This document shows, piece after piece, positions 8,851 through 19,214 of a stretch of 64,000 bases of DNA (position 1 is the stretch's first letter; every line of letters begins with the position of its first letter). Under the pieces are notes generated by a model. That model saw only the letters and a program-made list of their open reading frames with translations. It was not told the DNA's origin and ran no database searches. Origin of the DNA: an uncultured Gammaproteobacteria bacterium (lineage in GTDB: Bacteria; Pseudomonadota; Gammaproteobacteria; Eutrophobiales; Eutrophobiaceae); the NCBI GenBank assembly GCA_938084745.1, contig CALKEZ010000006.1:195007-259006 (forward strand), in the 5' to 3' direction. The position numbers were made by a program, and so were the translations under genes.

Positions 8851-9891
8851 ATGCTAAATATAGTTACTGAATTGAACGAAACGATCCTGGGTTTGCCCGC
8901 GCATCGACTACATGAAGAGTTGCCTGGACCAACACTGGTACAATTAAAAGGCGAACGTGAACCGGAGCTATTTTTATCGGTATTACTGCATGGCAATGAA
9001 AGCACCGGTTGGGAAGTGGTAAGAAATATCCTGAACAAATACCAGGGACAAATGCTGCCACGTTCATTAACCATCTTTATTGGTAATGTCGAAGCAGCAC
9101 GATTCAAGCAACGAAAACTGGAGCATCAAGCTGATTTCAATCGCGTCTGGGGCGATGGCGATAGTACTGAACATAAGATCGTGCAGTCCGTATTGAACAT
9201 CATGCGCCAACGTGACATCTTCATCAGTATCGATATCCATAATAACAATGGACTAAACCCACACTATGCCTGCATCAATAAACTCGATAGACGCTACCTC
9301 AAACTGGCACGCGAATTCAGCCGTATGGTTATCTACTTTATCCGCCCGCAAAACGTGCAAAGTCTGGCTTTTGCCGAGATGTGCCCGGCAGTCACATTGG
9401 AGTGCGGTCAGCCGGGAGATGAATACGGTATTCAATTAGCAACTCAGTATCTCGATAAGATGTTGCAGCTTGATGCACTCGATCCTGAAGCCGACATTGA
9501 ACAAACAACCGATCTCTATCACACCGCCGGGATCATCAAAATTCCTGAAGCATACAATTTTAGCTTCAATGGTGATGATGCCGACATTGAATTTATTAAA
9601 GGTATTGAGAAATTAAACTTCGAAGAAATCATGGCGGATACATTACTTGGGCGCATTAAACCCAACATAGTACAACCACTCATTGTTCTGGATGAAGAAG
9701 GCCACGATATATTTGATCAATACTTTCATGTACAGGACAACAACCTCTACGCTAAAGCAGCCCTAGTGCCTGCCATGTTAACGACAGACAAGAGTATCGT
9801 CAGGCAAGACTGTTTGTGTTACTTGATGGAGCGTTACGATATTAAACAAGGTGAAAAAATATTGAGCGATGATACGCCGCTATGGAGTTGA
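8851..9891 (+). CDS. Succinylglutamate desuccinylase/aspartoacylase (AstE/AspA, M14-like) family protein
   Basis: 346-aa ORF whose ATG directly abuts the TAA stop of the ligase gene. It has a zinc-site-like HGNESTGWE motif and a later IDIHN motif. Confidence 0.75.
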   Translation: MLNIVTELNETILGLPAHRLHEELPGPTLVQLKGEREPELFLSVLLHGNESTGWEVVRNILNKYQGQMLPRSLTIFIGNVEAARFKQRKLEHQADFNRVWGDGDSTEHKIVQSVLNIMRQRDIFISIDIHNNNGLNPHYACINKLDRRYLKLAREFSRMVIYFIRPQNVQSLAFAEMCPAVTLECGQPGDEYGIQLATQYLDKMLQLDALDPEADIEQTTDLYHTAGIIKIPEAYNFSFNGDDADIEFIKGIEKLNFEEIMADTLLGRIKPNIVQPLIVLDEEGHDIFDQYFHVQDNNLYAKAALVPAMLTTDKSIVRQDCLCYLMERYDIKQGEKILSDDTPLWS

Positions 9892-9972
9892 ACTATGTGT
9901 AATTCAGGCTTGCAAATTACTTCCATTAATATGGATAATAAATCACATTAGCATTACTAAGACAAAAAGATC

Positions 9973-10839
9973 ATGAGTAGCTATAGACGATTGAACAATA
10001 CTAACATCGAGATTTTTCCCATCGGCCTCGGAGCAATGCCACTGTCGCTAGAGGGTCGTCCCAGCGAAGCTCAAGCGATCGAGGTGATTAATACCTTTAT
10101 CAATGGTGGTGGCAATTTTATCGACTCGGCTAATGTCTATTGTGTTGATGACAACGATGTTGGACACAATGAAAAATTAATCGCCAAGGCTTTATCTCAA
10201 CATCCAAATGCAAATAACGTCATTGTCGCGACCAAGGGCGGGCTCAGACGCCCCAAGGGTGAATGGACAGTTGATGGCAGTCCGGCATGGTTAAGAGCAT
10301 CGTGCGAAAAGAGTCTGCGCGATCTTAATACCGATTCCATATTCTTATACCAATTACACGCGCCCGATCCGGATATACCGCTAACCGATTCAGTCGGTGA
10401 GTTAGCTAAGCTAAAAGATGAAGGCAAGATTCAATACATCGGTCTATCAAACGTAACGGTTGAGCATATTGAATATGCCCTTTCGATAAAGCACATCATG
10501 TCTGTTCAGAATCGATGCAATCTGTTTGAAAAAACCTCATTCAAAAATGGCGTCATCAAGTTTTGCGAAAACAACAACATCACCTTTATCGCGCATAGCC
10601 CGGTTGGTGGACATTACCAACACGCACAACGTGCAGACAATGTCGTGCTCAAGAAACTCGCTGAAAAATACTCAGTCTCACCGTATCAGATCATGATTAT
10701 GTGGCTGTTACATAAAAGTCCGAACATCTTGCCCATACCAGGAGCTAGTAAAGTAAGCAGTATTGAAGACAGCCTTAAGGCAGAGAGAGTTGAACTGAGT
10801 AAAGAAGATATGCAGTTACTTGAAGCGAATATCAAGTAA
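9973..10839 (+). CDS. Aldo/keto reductase
   Basis: 288-aa ORF with AKR hallmarks (GLGAMPLS, NFIDSANVY, YQLHAPD, IPGASK). Confidence 0.9.
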   Translation: MSSYRRLNNTNIEIFPIGLGAMPLSLEGRPSEAQAIEVINTFINGGGNFIDSANVYCVDDNDVGHNEKLIAKALSQHPNANNVIVATKGGLRRPKGEWTVDGSPAWLRASCEKSLRDLNTDSIFLYQLHAPDPDIPLTDSVGELAKLKDEGKIQYIGLSNVTVEHIEYALSIKHIMSVQNRCNLFEKTSFKNGVIKFCENNNITFIAHSPVGGHYQHAQRADNVVLKKLAEKYSVSPYQIMIMWLLHKSPNILPIPGASKVSSIEDSLKAERVELSKEDMQLLEANIK

Positions 10840-10897
10840 CACGTATTTTAACCTGCCTTATATGAGATACATTCCATATAAATTATGTAAATCACGC

Positions 10898-11095
10898 TTA
10901 AAAATATTTCATCACTTCCATAACTGCTAGAATAAATGTAGACGCAGCGCCAACTATAATTGAAAAATTCACCCACTTTTGGAGTGTTATCTTTTCTTCT
11001 GTTACAAGAGGTTTTTTATCCCAATATAGATTATTAAGTTCATCTATGCCTAAACGATCTAATTCATCTAAACTAATTGTTTTTATATTTGGCAT
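10898..11095 (-). CDS. Small hypothetical tail-anchored membrane protein
   Basis: 65-aa ORF with one C-terminal hydrophobic helix (FSIIVGAASTFILAVMEV). It lies 93 nt downstream of addA on the same strand. No family recognised. Confidence 0.35.
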   Translation of the reverse strand: MPNIKTISLDELDRLGIDELNNLYWDKKPLVTEEKITLQKWVNFSIIVGAASTFILAVMEVMKYF

Positions 11096-11188
11096 ATTAA
11101 GTAACCTTTTTTAAATACTGATTATTTTTAAAGCTAACGACAAATAATTTCATATTGCTTACCTTCACTTAAGTAATATTGATTGAAC

Positions 11189-14100
11189 TTACTGATAAAG
11201 CCACTCCCTCCAACCTTGCAATAATGGAAAGTACAAACCCAGCTTTATATTTTCTTCACCAAGTTGTTTCATCAAGGTTCCATATTTTTCCAATTGTTCC
11301 TGGTAGCGTTCCTGTTCATGATCAAGAAAGGCATCGCGGTTTGCGCCTTCATGGCGACTGGTTTTGTAATCGATGATCCAACGATACCCTTTCTCGTCGA
11401 CAAAGGTTCTATCTAACACGGCATTAGTCAGTTTATCGTTCACTATACCGCTTATGGGGCACTCATTTTGTTGTTGGCTATGCTCTTTTGAGAGTATCCA
11501 TAGTCCTCGTTCGTCAGTAACCATATTGGTTAAGGCGTTAGTTACTTGTTGAACAGCATCGGTTCTTTCGTTCTTTGGTACGCCGAGTTGTCGCAGAGCA
11601 TTATCAAAACCCTGTTGTTCTGCATTGATTCTTTCCGGCGTCCATTTGTCGGTACCCTCTTCTGCGATACATTGAATAGCGTTATGTACTACCGAACCGA
11701 TATGTTTAATCGTTTCCCCTGCCCATTCGAATTCGATCAAGACCGGTTCGGCATCATCTTCAGTCGTCTTTTGCCAGCTGATGCTTGCGGGCAGTTCGGG
11801 ATGTTTCCAGTTTTTAGCAAGACGCTGCGTTTCCTGGTTAATAACCAGATAGGATTCAGCTTCACTCTGCTCCAGAGTCGCTGGCATATGTTTTTCATAT
11901 ACGCTCTTAACCGCAGGCCAGAGATGGCCTAACAGGGAACGTCCTTGTGCATCACAACTTATCTCATCTTTAGTCTCTTTCAGACTGGCGTGACCGATGA
12001 GATGAAGTGTCTTTTTCGTTCGCGTTGTTGCGACATAGAGTAGTCGCGCATCTTCATAACTCTGCTTGGCTTTATCGGTGTTATTAATGTAATCGTAGAT
12101 CGGGCCTTGCATGTTGCCAGCTTCACGTATCGGTGCCAGTACCAGGTCTTCCTGTTGGTTGTTGCGTTGGCGTAATAACCAAACCAGTAAATCACCTTGA
12201 TTGGAACGCGGCGAACGACCCAGCCCCGGCAAGATGACATGATCAAACTCCAGTCCCTTGGCCTTGTGGATGGTCATCACCTGTATTTGATTATCGGCTT
12301 TCAGATCGGGCGCGGCATATAACTGACTGACATCATCGATGAGTTCCTGCAAATCTTCTATGCTCCCGCCTTGATCCAGCGTTTCGAGTAAGGACAAATA
12401 GCTTAAGCAGTTTTCCAGATCGGTTTTGCTCGACAAGGTGGCCGGACCACCTAGCTGTATCCAGAATGCTTCTATGGCATCACGTATGGAGAGACGTTGT
12501 TTCTGCAATAATATTGTTTCGTATTTATTTTTGAAGTTCTGCAAACGTGTTTGTTGCTCCGCTTGCAGTTGCTTCACCAGATCAGCATCACACAAACATT
12601 CCCAAACAGTTCTATCTTTATTTTGATTGCAAAGTGTATATAAGGATTCAAGCGTTAAACCACACCAAGGCGCGCGTAGGCAGGCTAACCAGGCAACCCG
12701 ATCGGCCTGAAACAGGAAGGCGCGGGTTAAGGCGAGTAGATCCTGTATCGCGACCTGACTCCCCAGTCCTTCAATATCGATGGCTTTAAAACCGATATCG
12801 CCATTCCTTAAGGCCGGCACGATCTCGGCCAGATGTGAACGGCTGCGAACCAGTATCGCAATAGTGTCTTCGGGGTTTTGTTGTTTTAGTTCCTGAATGA
12901 TCTCGACCACATGCTCCGATTCTTTTTTATGGGCTTTAGCATAGAGCGGATAAATCCTGACATTATTACTGGAGGCTGTCTTATCAAACGCATCGGCCCG
13001 ACTATAGGCCACCGCACCGGTAATCAAATTGTCCTGCGCCGGAAGAATGTTGTTGAAGCTGTCATTAACCCAATCGACCAGACCCTGTTGCGATCGGAAG
13101 TTCACACTGAGACGTAATGCATTGAGCGGGATATTACCCAATGATGCATCGTGAAATGTTTTGATAAACAAACTCACTTCGGCTTCACGGAAACGATAGA
13201 TTGATTGCATCGGATCGCCGACCAGAAACAGGCTGCGTCCATCATCCATCGACCATTCCCGCGTTAAGCGTTGCAGCAGTCGATACTGGTTCATGGATAT
13301 ATCCTGATACTCGTCCACCAGTAAATGTTTAATGTGGTAATCGAGTTGTAGTGCCAGTTCTGTCGGCGACTCATCCGTGCCGAGTGCATTCACTGCCGAT
13401 TCTGCGATGCCGATAAAATCCATTTGATTTCGTTCGGCAAAGATTAAACGTAACTGCACTGCGGCGAGTTTGAGTAACTCGCATAAGGCATTAACGATTA
13501 ACCATTCTGCATCAGTATAGGTAGCGGGCGGTAAGGTAACGACGCTTGCCAGGCTCTGTTGCAAGCCATCCACCTTCTGCAATTCCGTGAGTAAGGCTTG
13601 TACCTGTTTTTTCTTGCGCGTACGTTCATCGGCTTCCAGCTTGTTACCGCTCGCTGGGGGAAAACCATTTTTAACCGTATGTTGTTTACGCCAGCTGCCG
13701 GTTTTCGTTAACAGCAGTTCACTAATAGCACGCCAGTATTGCAGATCATTGGCTTTGCCATCCGGCATCGTGGTTATTGATAAACATGAGGTAATCGGAT
13801 TATCCGGATCGGACTCGCTTAAATGCTTTGCTGCAAAATCCAGTAGCTCCAGCAATTCACTTTCAAATTCTTTCGGGAACGATAACGCGGTGACGCTTAA
13901 TTGATCTTCAATCAACCTGACCAATGCCTCTTCCATATCACTGCGATCATGTTCATATACAACATAACTTAACCATTGATCGCGTTTCTTCAGCATATCG
14001 ACGATCAGATTTTTAATGCGCGGCAGATCGTTATCCAGATGAAACACGAGATTCGCGATCGCATCTGACCAGCCTGCGCCACTTTCCAGTTCAGCCAGGG

Positions 14101-14584
14101 TATTGATAGCGGCTTGCTGGTATAAATGTTCTGCGTCTTCCAGTGTTTCGGGTTGCGTACCAAGTCTGGCCAACATCGGCATTTGGCGCGTTAAGTAAGC
14201 GCAAAAGGAATCAATTGTTTGTAAGCGTAAGCGACTGGGGTTTTCACTAAGCTGCCAAGCCTTTTCCTGATCCCGCTTGAGTGCCGCTTGTGCTAACACG
14301 AAAGTCGTTTTGTCGTGATCGGATTCAGGTTCGGTGTTGTTCGCTTTATGCTGCGCTGCCATCGATAAGGCATCGAGGATTCGCCCTTGCATCTCAGCCG
14401 CTGCTTTGCGGGTGAAGGTGATCGCAATAATTTCTTCCGGGGCATCGACCAACGCTAACAATCTTAAATAACGTTGAATCAATAAGCCGGTTTTACCTGA
14501 GCCGGCCGGTGCCTGAATTATGAACGATTGATCCGGCGCTAGCGCTTTATGTCTTGCTTCGCTATCAACAACCGGACTAGACAT
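11189..14584 (-). CDS. addA: AddA-type UvrD-family helicase with C-terminal PD-(D/E)XK nuclease
   Basis: 1131-aa ORF with Walker A (APAGSGKTG), DExx box (LLVDEYQDIS), further SF1 motifs and a C-terminal nuclease motif (WIIDYKTS). Confidence 0.85.
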   Translation of the reverse strand: MSSPVVDSEARHKALAPDQSFIIQAPAGSGKTGLLIQRYLRLLALVDAPEEIIAITFTRKAAAEMQGRILDALSMAAQHKANNTEPESDHDKTTFVLAQAALKRDQEKAWQLSENPSRLRLQTIDSFCAYLTRQMPMLARLGTQPETLEDAEHLYQQAAINTLAELESGAGWSDAIANLVFHLDNDLPRIKNLIVDMLKKRDQWLSYVVYEHDRSDMEEALVRLIEDQLSVTALSFPKEFESELLELLDFAAKHLSESDPDNPITSCLSITTMPDGKANDLQYWRAISELLLTKTGSWRKQHTVKNGFPPASGNKLEADERTRKKKQVQALLTELQKVDGLQQSLASVVTLPPATYTDAEWLIVNALCELLKLAAVQLRLIFAERNQMDFIGIAESAVNALGTDESPTELALQLDYHIKHLLVDEYQDISMNQYRLLQRLTREWSMDDGRSLFLVGDPMQSIYRFREAEVSLFIKTFHDASLGNIPLNALRLSVNFRSQQGLVDWVNDSFNNILPAQDNLITGAVAYSRADAFDKTASSNNVRIYPLYAKAHKKESEHVVEIIQELKQQNPEDTIAILVRSRSHLAEIVPALRNGDIGFKAIDIEGLGSQVAIQDLLALTRAFLFQADRVAWLACLRAPWCGLTLESLYTLCNQNKDRTVWECLCDADLVKQLQAEQQTRLQNFKNKYETILLQKQRLSIRDAIEAFWIQLGGPATLSSKTDLENCLSYLSLLETLDQGGSIEDLQELIDDVSQLYAAPDLKADNQIQVMTIHKAKGLEFDHVILPGLGRSPRSNQGDLLVWLLRQRNNQQEDLVLAPIREAGNMQGPIYDYINNTDKAKQSYEDARLLYVATTRTKKTLHLIGHASLKETKDEISCDAQGRSLLGHLWPAVKSVYEKHMPATLEQSEAESYLVINQETQRLAKNWKHPELPASISWQKTTEDDAEPVLIEFEWAGETIKHIGSVVHNAIQCIAEEGTDKWTPERINAEQQGFDNALRQLGVPKNERTDAVQQVTNALTNMVTDERGLWILSKEHSQQQNECPISGIVNDKLTNAVLDRTFVDEKGYRWIIDYKTSRHEGANRDAFLDHEQERYQEQLEKYGTLMKQLGEENIKLGLYFPLLQGWREWLYQ

Positions 14585-17255
14585 TGTTCTCGTCCTCCAG
14601 TTGATTCACTTCATCCGGGTTTTCGACCCGTCCATGAATGCGGCATAAGGCATGGAGATCACAATAGCGACAGGCGCGGATTGTGGGCTCAACAATAGCC
14701 TTGCCGTTACGAAAATCATTCGCGAGTCGAATCAGGATCTGTTCCCAGGCATTGAGTTTATCTTGCCACAACAAGTCAGGGTCTGCTTTTATGCCCGGCA
14801 AGATGTCATTGGCTTCGGCCTGTCCGACAAAGCCCAGCTTGCCACGCTTTAGACTGGCAAAGGCAATGGCAGCGACTTCCTGTTTGCTGGTGACTGCATA
14901 TAACGGCAATTGCGGATCATTGGGACGGTCTGACTCCCAATCATTTTTACTCACGGGGCCAGTTTTATAATCGATAATGACGCAACGTCCATCGGCTAAT
15001 TCATCGATACGATCCACGCGCAGGTTTAATTCAATATCTTCAAACACGATCTCTTGCCATTTTTCTGTGGCAATTACCTTAAAACCACCACGATCTTTTT
15101 CAACCAATAACCATTCTTTTAATAGTTGTTCGAGTCGTTGTTGTTCCAGCACGGTAAACCGATCCGTAAACGTTTCCGGTTGCTGTGAAATTTGAAGTTT
15201 GATTGCTTCGTGTACCACCGAACGGACGATCTTTGTCAGTTCAGTTTCTGATCGGTAGTCCTGATTGTCGGAGGACTTCAGGCGTTGCCAGAGATATTGC
15301 AAGGCGCGATGGACCAAATTGCCGCGTTCTGCCGCACTTAGACCGATATCACTTTGCTGTAATGACTCAGCGTATAAACGATGTCTGGCAAACGCTCTGA
15401 ATGGACAACCGGACTGATCTTTAAACAAGGCGCTGCCACCAGTGGTCAGTTTGCCCGTGGGAATCTCTGGCGCTTGCACATCATAGAATGATTCAAGTTC
15501 GGAAGATGCTAATAGCGTGTCTTTATAATCTTCGCCGACTTGATGATCATTGTTATTGCTTCCTGTGTCGCTACTTATCAAGGGGCTTGGACGACAGAGT
15601 CGATCACCTTCCTGTTTGGCAAAGCTGAAGATCACTTCCTTTGCCGATGCCGTTAGTTTTTGCGTGACATGCCTTGCCAGATTCAGTTGTGTTTCGGCAC
15701 TGGCATCGGGAATATTATAATCACGCTGACAGGTTATCGGTACGAAGGCATTAAGCTGTTTTAATTGTGGCCAGTGATCATCCTGCATACCCATAATCCA
15801 CAGGTAATCAAACTGCATTCCGGCCGCTGCCGTCATACCCAGAATTTGAATCGGTGTTTCTGTGGTTTCCGGTTGAAATTGGGTTTCGCCAAGCAGGCGA
15901 TTTAACTGGAATAAAGCGGTGCTGAAACTGACTGGTTGAGTCAAGCCATCCAGACTGCCCAATTGCGTTAAAGCAGATTGCCATGCTTGCAGTGTCTGAT
16001 GTTCATCACTGTTTAGCTTGCGTTCGCCGGGCCAACCAAAAGCACTTAACCATTCGGAGAAACTCATGGTCCAGTCGCGTAAAGTTTGTTTCTTCGCGTG
16101 ACTTAAAAACGATATCTCAAAGGTTTTTAATAATTGAATAAAGCCTTCGCATTGCTCGTGTTCCTTACAACGTTCTTCTGCTATCCAGTACAAGGTTTTA
16201 AAACCGAGTTGTTGTTCACCGATACGTCTGAGTACCGCATCAAATTTTGCACGTGCGGCCGCCTCTTCAGTTACACCGGCAATAAAAGGGGAATGCAATA
16301 AAGCGCTCAGTGTATTCATAGACACCTTGCGTTTACCCAGACCCAACAGGTTTATTGCAGTATAGATCAGCGGATAACTGGATAAGGGTTTGCCTAATGA
16401 TATGGAATACGGTTTGTGTTGTGGTGCACTGGATTCAAGCCATTTGTGTGGTGTCAGTACCGAGGCGAAGCCATATTCAAGCTGTTCACGAATGCTGCTG
16501 AGATTGGGGGCAATAATGCCTATCGTTTCATTCTTATTATTATCCAGCAACGCTTGCAGGTGATGCTTTGCCCAACAGGCCGCAGACCAGATCTCGGCCT
16601 GCTTGTCGCTTTGTTCACGCAACGTCACCGTTTCATTTCGGGGTTCAGGGTTACGTTCTTCAACATCGATACCAATATCAATAAATGCCTGTTTCAACTT
16701 AAGTTGTTGGGCCGTTAATTGGTCAAAATCATAAAAGACTATTTTCTTTAGCCTGGTTTTAAGTTCAGTAACATGTGATCGGATGTAATCGGGTAATACC
16801 GCATCATCAAGCCAGGCGTTGTCTTGCTTTTGTTTCTCATAACTATCAGCCCACTGTTTGAAGGCAAAGGCATCTTCCGATAAATAAACGCCTTCCGGAA
16901 AAATCGGCACACCCCATTGCTGGCATAATTGGTAGGCCTGCGCTGCTTGTTTCGCTGTCGCTGTTACTTGCAGTAGTTGATCTTTGTATTTTGAGTTACT
17001 GATGATCTCTTGCCAGAGCCATTGCTGTTGCAGGTTGTTTAATACGCTAACCTTGGCGTCCGTTCGAAAGGAGAGTGCTTCGAAACTGCGCTTACACCAG
17101 GCTGTCCACGGTAAACAATCCGGCGTCTGCCAGGCCTGCCTACCCTGCGCCAATTGCTGTGTCGCGTATTGGTAACGGAGATAACGACTCAAACGTTGTG
17201 TCGGTGTAATAATCGTAGCGCCATCGCTTATCAGGTCGCTGAGCGTATTATCCAT
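14577..17255 (-). CDS. addB: AddB-type PD-(D/E)XK nuclease subunit with C-terminal Cys cluster
   Basis: 892-aa ORF that overlaps addA by 8 nt. It has a nuclease motif (VIIDYKTG) and a terminal cysteine cluster (ACRYCDLHALC) typical of the AddB iron-sulfur staple. Confidence 0.8.
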   Translation of the reverse strand: MDNTLSDLISDGATIITPTQRLSRYLRYQYATQQLAQGRQAWQTPDCLPWTAWCKRSFEALSFRTDAKVSVLNNLQQQWLWQEIISNSKYKDQLLQVTATAKQAAQAYQLCQQWGVPIFPEGVYLSEDAFAFKQWADSYEKQKQDNAWLDDAVLPDYIRSHVTELKTRLKKIVFYDFDQLTAQQLKLKQAFIDIGIDVEERNPEPRNETVTLREQSDKQAEIWSAACWAKHHLQALLDNNKNETIGIIAPNLSSIREQLEYGFASVLTPHKWLESSAPQHKPYSISLGKPLSSYPLIYTAINLLGLGKRKVSMNTLSALLHSPFIAGVTEEAAARAKFDAVLRRIGEQQLGFKTLYWIAEERCKEHEQCEGFIQLLKTFEISFLSHAKKQTLRDWTMSFSEWLSAFGWPGERKLNSDEHQTLQAWQSALTQLGSLDGLTQPVSFSTALFQLNRLLGETQFQPETTETPIQILGMTAAAGMQFDYLWIMGMQDDHWPQLKQLNAFVPITCQRDYNIPDASAETQLNLARHVTQKLTASAKEVIFSFAKQEGDRLCRPSPLISSDTGSNNNDHQVGEDYKDTLLASSELESFYDVQAPEIPTGKLTTGGSALFKDQSGCPFRAFARHRLYAESLQQSDIGLSAAERGNLVHRALQYLWQRLKSSDNQDYRSETELTKIVRSVVHEAIKLQISQQPETFTDRFTVLEQQRLEQLLKEWLLVEKDRGGFKVIATEKWQEIVFEDIELNLRVDRIDELADGRCVIIDYKTGPVSKNDWESDRPNDPQLPLYAVTSKQEVAAIAFASLKRGKLGFVGQAEANDILPGIKADPDLLWQDKLNAWEQILIRLANDFRNGKAIVEPTIRACRYCDLHALCRIHGRVENPDEVNQLEDENNV

Positions 17256-17389
17256 GTGTTATTGGTGTCATCCTTATGTATGAGTAGATTTAGAATGAAC
17301 TCGTCTGTCATAGACAAGTCGCATTGGCATTATAAACTGACAATGTTAACCTTGTGACATAAAGACGAATAATATACTTTCTCTCGCCC

Positions 17390-18400
17390 ATGCCAGAGAA
17401 TCTTATGCAAATACCTAATTATCATACACCGCAGAAAGAAATAGCCTGCATGACTATCATGCCGACTCGGGTGATGCCTGATATGATTGATGATGTCCGT
17501 GGATCATTGTTAAGAACACCACGCAGTTTATCACCAAAATATTTCTATGATGAGCGTGGCTCAGAGTTGTTCGACCAGATTTGCTCTACTCCGGAATACT
17601 ATCCCACGCGCACTGAAAATCGCCTGTTAGCCAAATATGCTGTCGATATCATTAATAAAACCAGACCGGATCAGATCCTCGAGCTCGGCAGTGGTTATTC
17701 GACAAAAACACGCCGCCTGTTTGATGCTTGCGAGACTGCCTCACAGAGTTGTGTCTATGCACCACTGGATGTGTGTGAAGAAGTCTTGATTGAATCAGCA
17801 CAGAAACTTTCCGAAGAATATGAATGGCTAGGCCTGAAACCGTTACTGGGCGACTATCATGGTGGTTTGGGTAATTTACCTGCATCCACGGGCTCACATC
17901 TGTTTGTTTTTCTAGGCAGTACCATTGGTAATTTTGAGCAGGCTGAAGCATTAGACTTTATTAAAGAGGTCTACAAAGCCATGCGTTATGGTGATCACCT
18001 CTTAATTGGTGTTGACCGCGTGAAAGAAAATCATGTTTTAAATGCCGCTTATAATGATGCCCAGGGAATCACTGCTGAGTTTAACCTTAATGTCTTACAT
18101 GTATTAAACCGGGAATTGAATGCTAATTTTAATATTGACGCATTCACCCACTCGGCGGTATTCAATGCTGATAAGGAACGTATCGAAATGCGGCTGATCT
18201 CCAATACAAATCAAAAAGTGCAGATTGATGTTCTGGACGAAACTATCCAGTTTGATCGCGGCGATGACATACTGACTGAAATCAGCCAGAAATATACGCA
18301 CATGGGGATTGAAACTATGTTGTCGGAAGCCAATTTTTCAATTACTGATCACTACGAAGATGAGGATGCCTATTTCTCTCTGGTGCTCGCGTCCAAATAA
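17390..18400 (+). CDS. egtD: EgtD-like L-histidine N-alpha-methyltransferase
   Basis: 336-aa ORF with the family N-terminal signature (SLSPKYFYDERGSELFDQICSTPEYYPTRTE) and a SAM-binding motif (ILELGSG). The true start is more likely the internal Met at nt 17450. Confidence 0.8.
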   Translation: MPENLMQIPNYHTPQKEIACMTIMPTRVMPDMIDDVRGSLLRTPRSLSPKYFYDERGSELFDQICSTPEYYPTRTENRLLAKYAVDIINKTRPDQILELGSGYSTKTRRLFDACETASQSCVYAPLDVCEEVLIESAQKLSEEYEWLGLKPLLGDYHGGLGNLPASTGSHLFVFLGSTIGNFEQAEALDFIKEVYKAMRYGDHLLIGVDRVKENHVLNAAYNDAQGITAEFNLNVLHVLNRELNANFNIDAFTHSAVFNADKERIEMRLISNTNQKVQIDVLDETIQFDRGDDILTEISQKYTHMGIETMLSEANFSITDHYEDEDAYFSLVLASK

Positions 18401-18411
18401 AACGCGTTAAG

Positions 18412-19098
18412 TCAGTCGTCCGCTAACCATTTACTCGATATCTGCTCTGCCAAAGCAGGGTTATCAATATACGGGTTTCGATTTCCCTGTATTTCCTCGA
18501 TTAGATTATTACGCAACATTTCCTGCTTACTGGGTGGATCAAAACGATTCCAGCGCTTTAATTCTTCCAGCATGCTTTTCGCTACCGAGACGCCATATTG
18601 GGTATGCATATAAAAAATGGCGCGCGCAATATTACCGCGGGCAATGGGCCTTGGTTCCGAGACACCCAGATGACGTTCAAAATCGCAATTGTCATAACGC
18701 CAATCCTCTCCCTCGACCATGCCAAACAGGGTATCGCGTCTTGCCACATCCACCTCTTGCCAGACGGGATAGAGATTATGCATATCCGCTTCCATACGGG
18801 TAAATCGTGATTTTTCATCCAGCCGACATTGACGACGACTATTACACTCCATCGAACTTAGCATCCAACTTACCGGATAGACCTGTTCAATAACAAATAA
18901 GCGATCCTCGGTTAATGCTGCAGCAGGATCAAAACGATAGCCGCAATACAACGACCAACCACCATTGGAATATAACTCATTCCAGAAAGTATTCAGGGCG
19001 ATTTCGTCGTAGTTTTCAACAGGTAAGGTCCCGGCAAGAGTAATGTTGGAGACACTGAGCAGGCAGAAAAGGGAGATTATCTTTAGTGGTCGAAACAC
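18412..19098 (-). CDS. Endonuclease I family extracellular/periplasmic DNase
   Basis: Endonuclease-I-like motifs are present (LYCGYRF, IEQVYPVSW, DMHNLYPVWQEVDVARRD, ARGNIARAIFYM). The tracked ORF runs to 19191. A GTG at 19098 gives a clean signal peptide (M-FRPLKIISLFCLLSVSNITLAG), a family-typical ~229 aa, and room for the divergent mltF promoter. Confidence 0.8.
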   Translation of the reverse strand: MFRPLKIISLFCLLSVSNITLAGTLPVENYDEIALNTFWNELYSNGGWSLYCGYRFDPAAALTEDRLFVIEQVYPVSWMLSSMECNSRRQCRLDEKSRFTRMEADMHNLYPVWQEVDVARRDTLFGMVEGEDWRYDNCDFERHLGVSEPRPIARGNIARAIFYMHTQYGVSVAKSMLEELKRWNRFDPPSKQEMLRNNLIEEIQGNRNPYIDNPALAEQISSKWLADD

Positions 19099-19214
19099 AT
19101 TGATTATTATGAGTTTTAAATTATTGTAGGCAACATGATATACCAGACCACTGAAAAATGTGAACATTACAGTCCATAACCATCTAAACAACAGGTTTTA
19201 CTAAATACGCTGAG

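Noticed and set aside
11189-17255. The possibility that the UvrD-like helicase/nuclease pair is an anti-phage module (Gabija-like or similar).
   Set aside because: The sizes, the 8-nt overlap, the AddB-type terminal Cys cluster and the dual PD-(D/E)XK motifs fit housekeeping AddAB recombination-repair. There is no ATPase/TOPRIM partner and no defence-island context.
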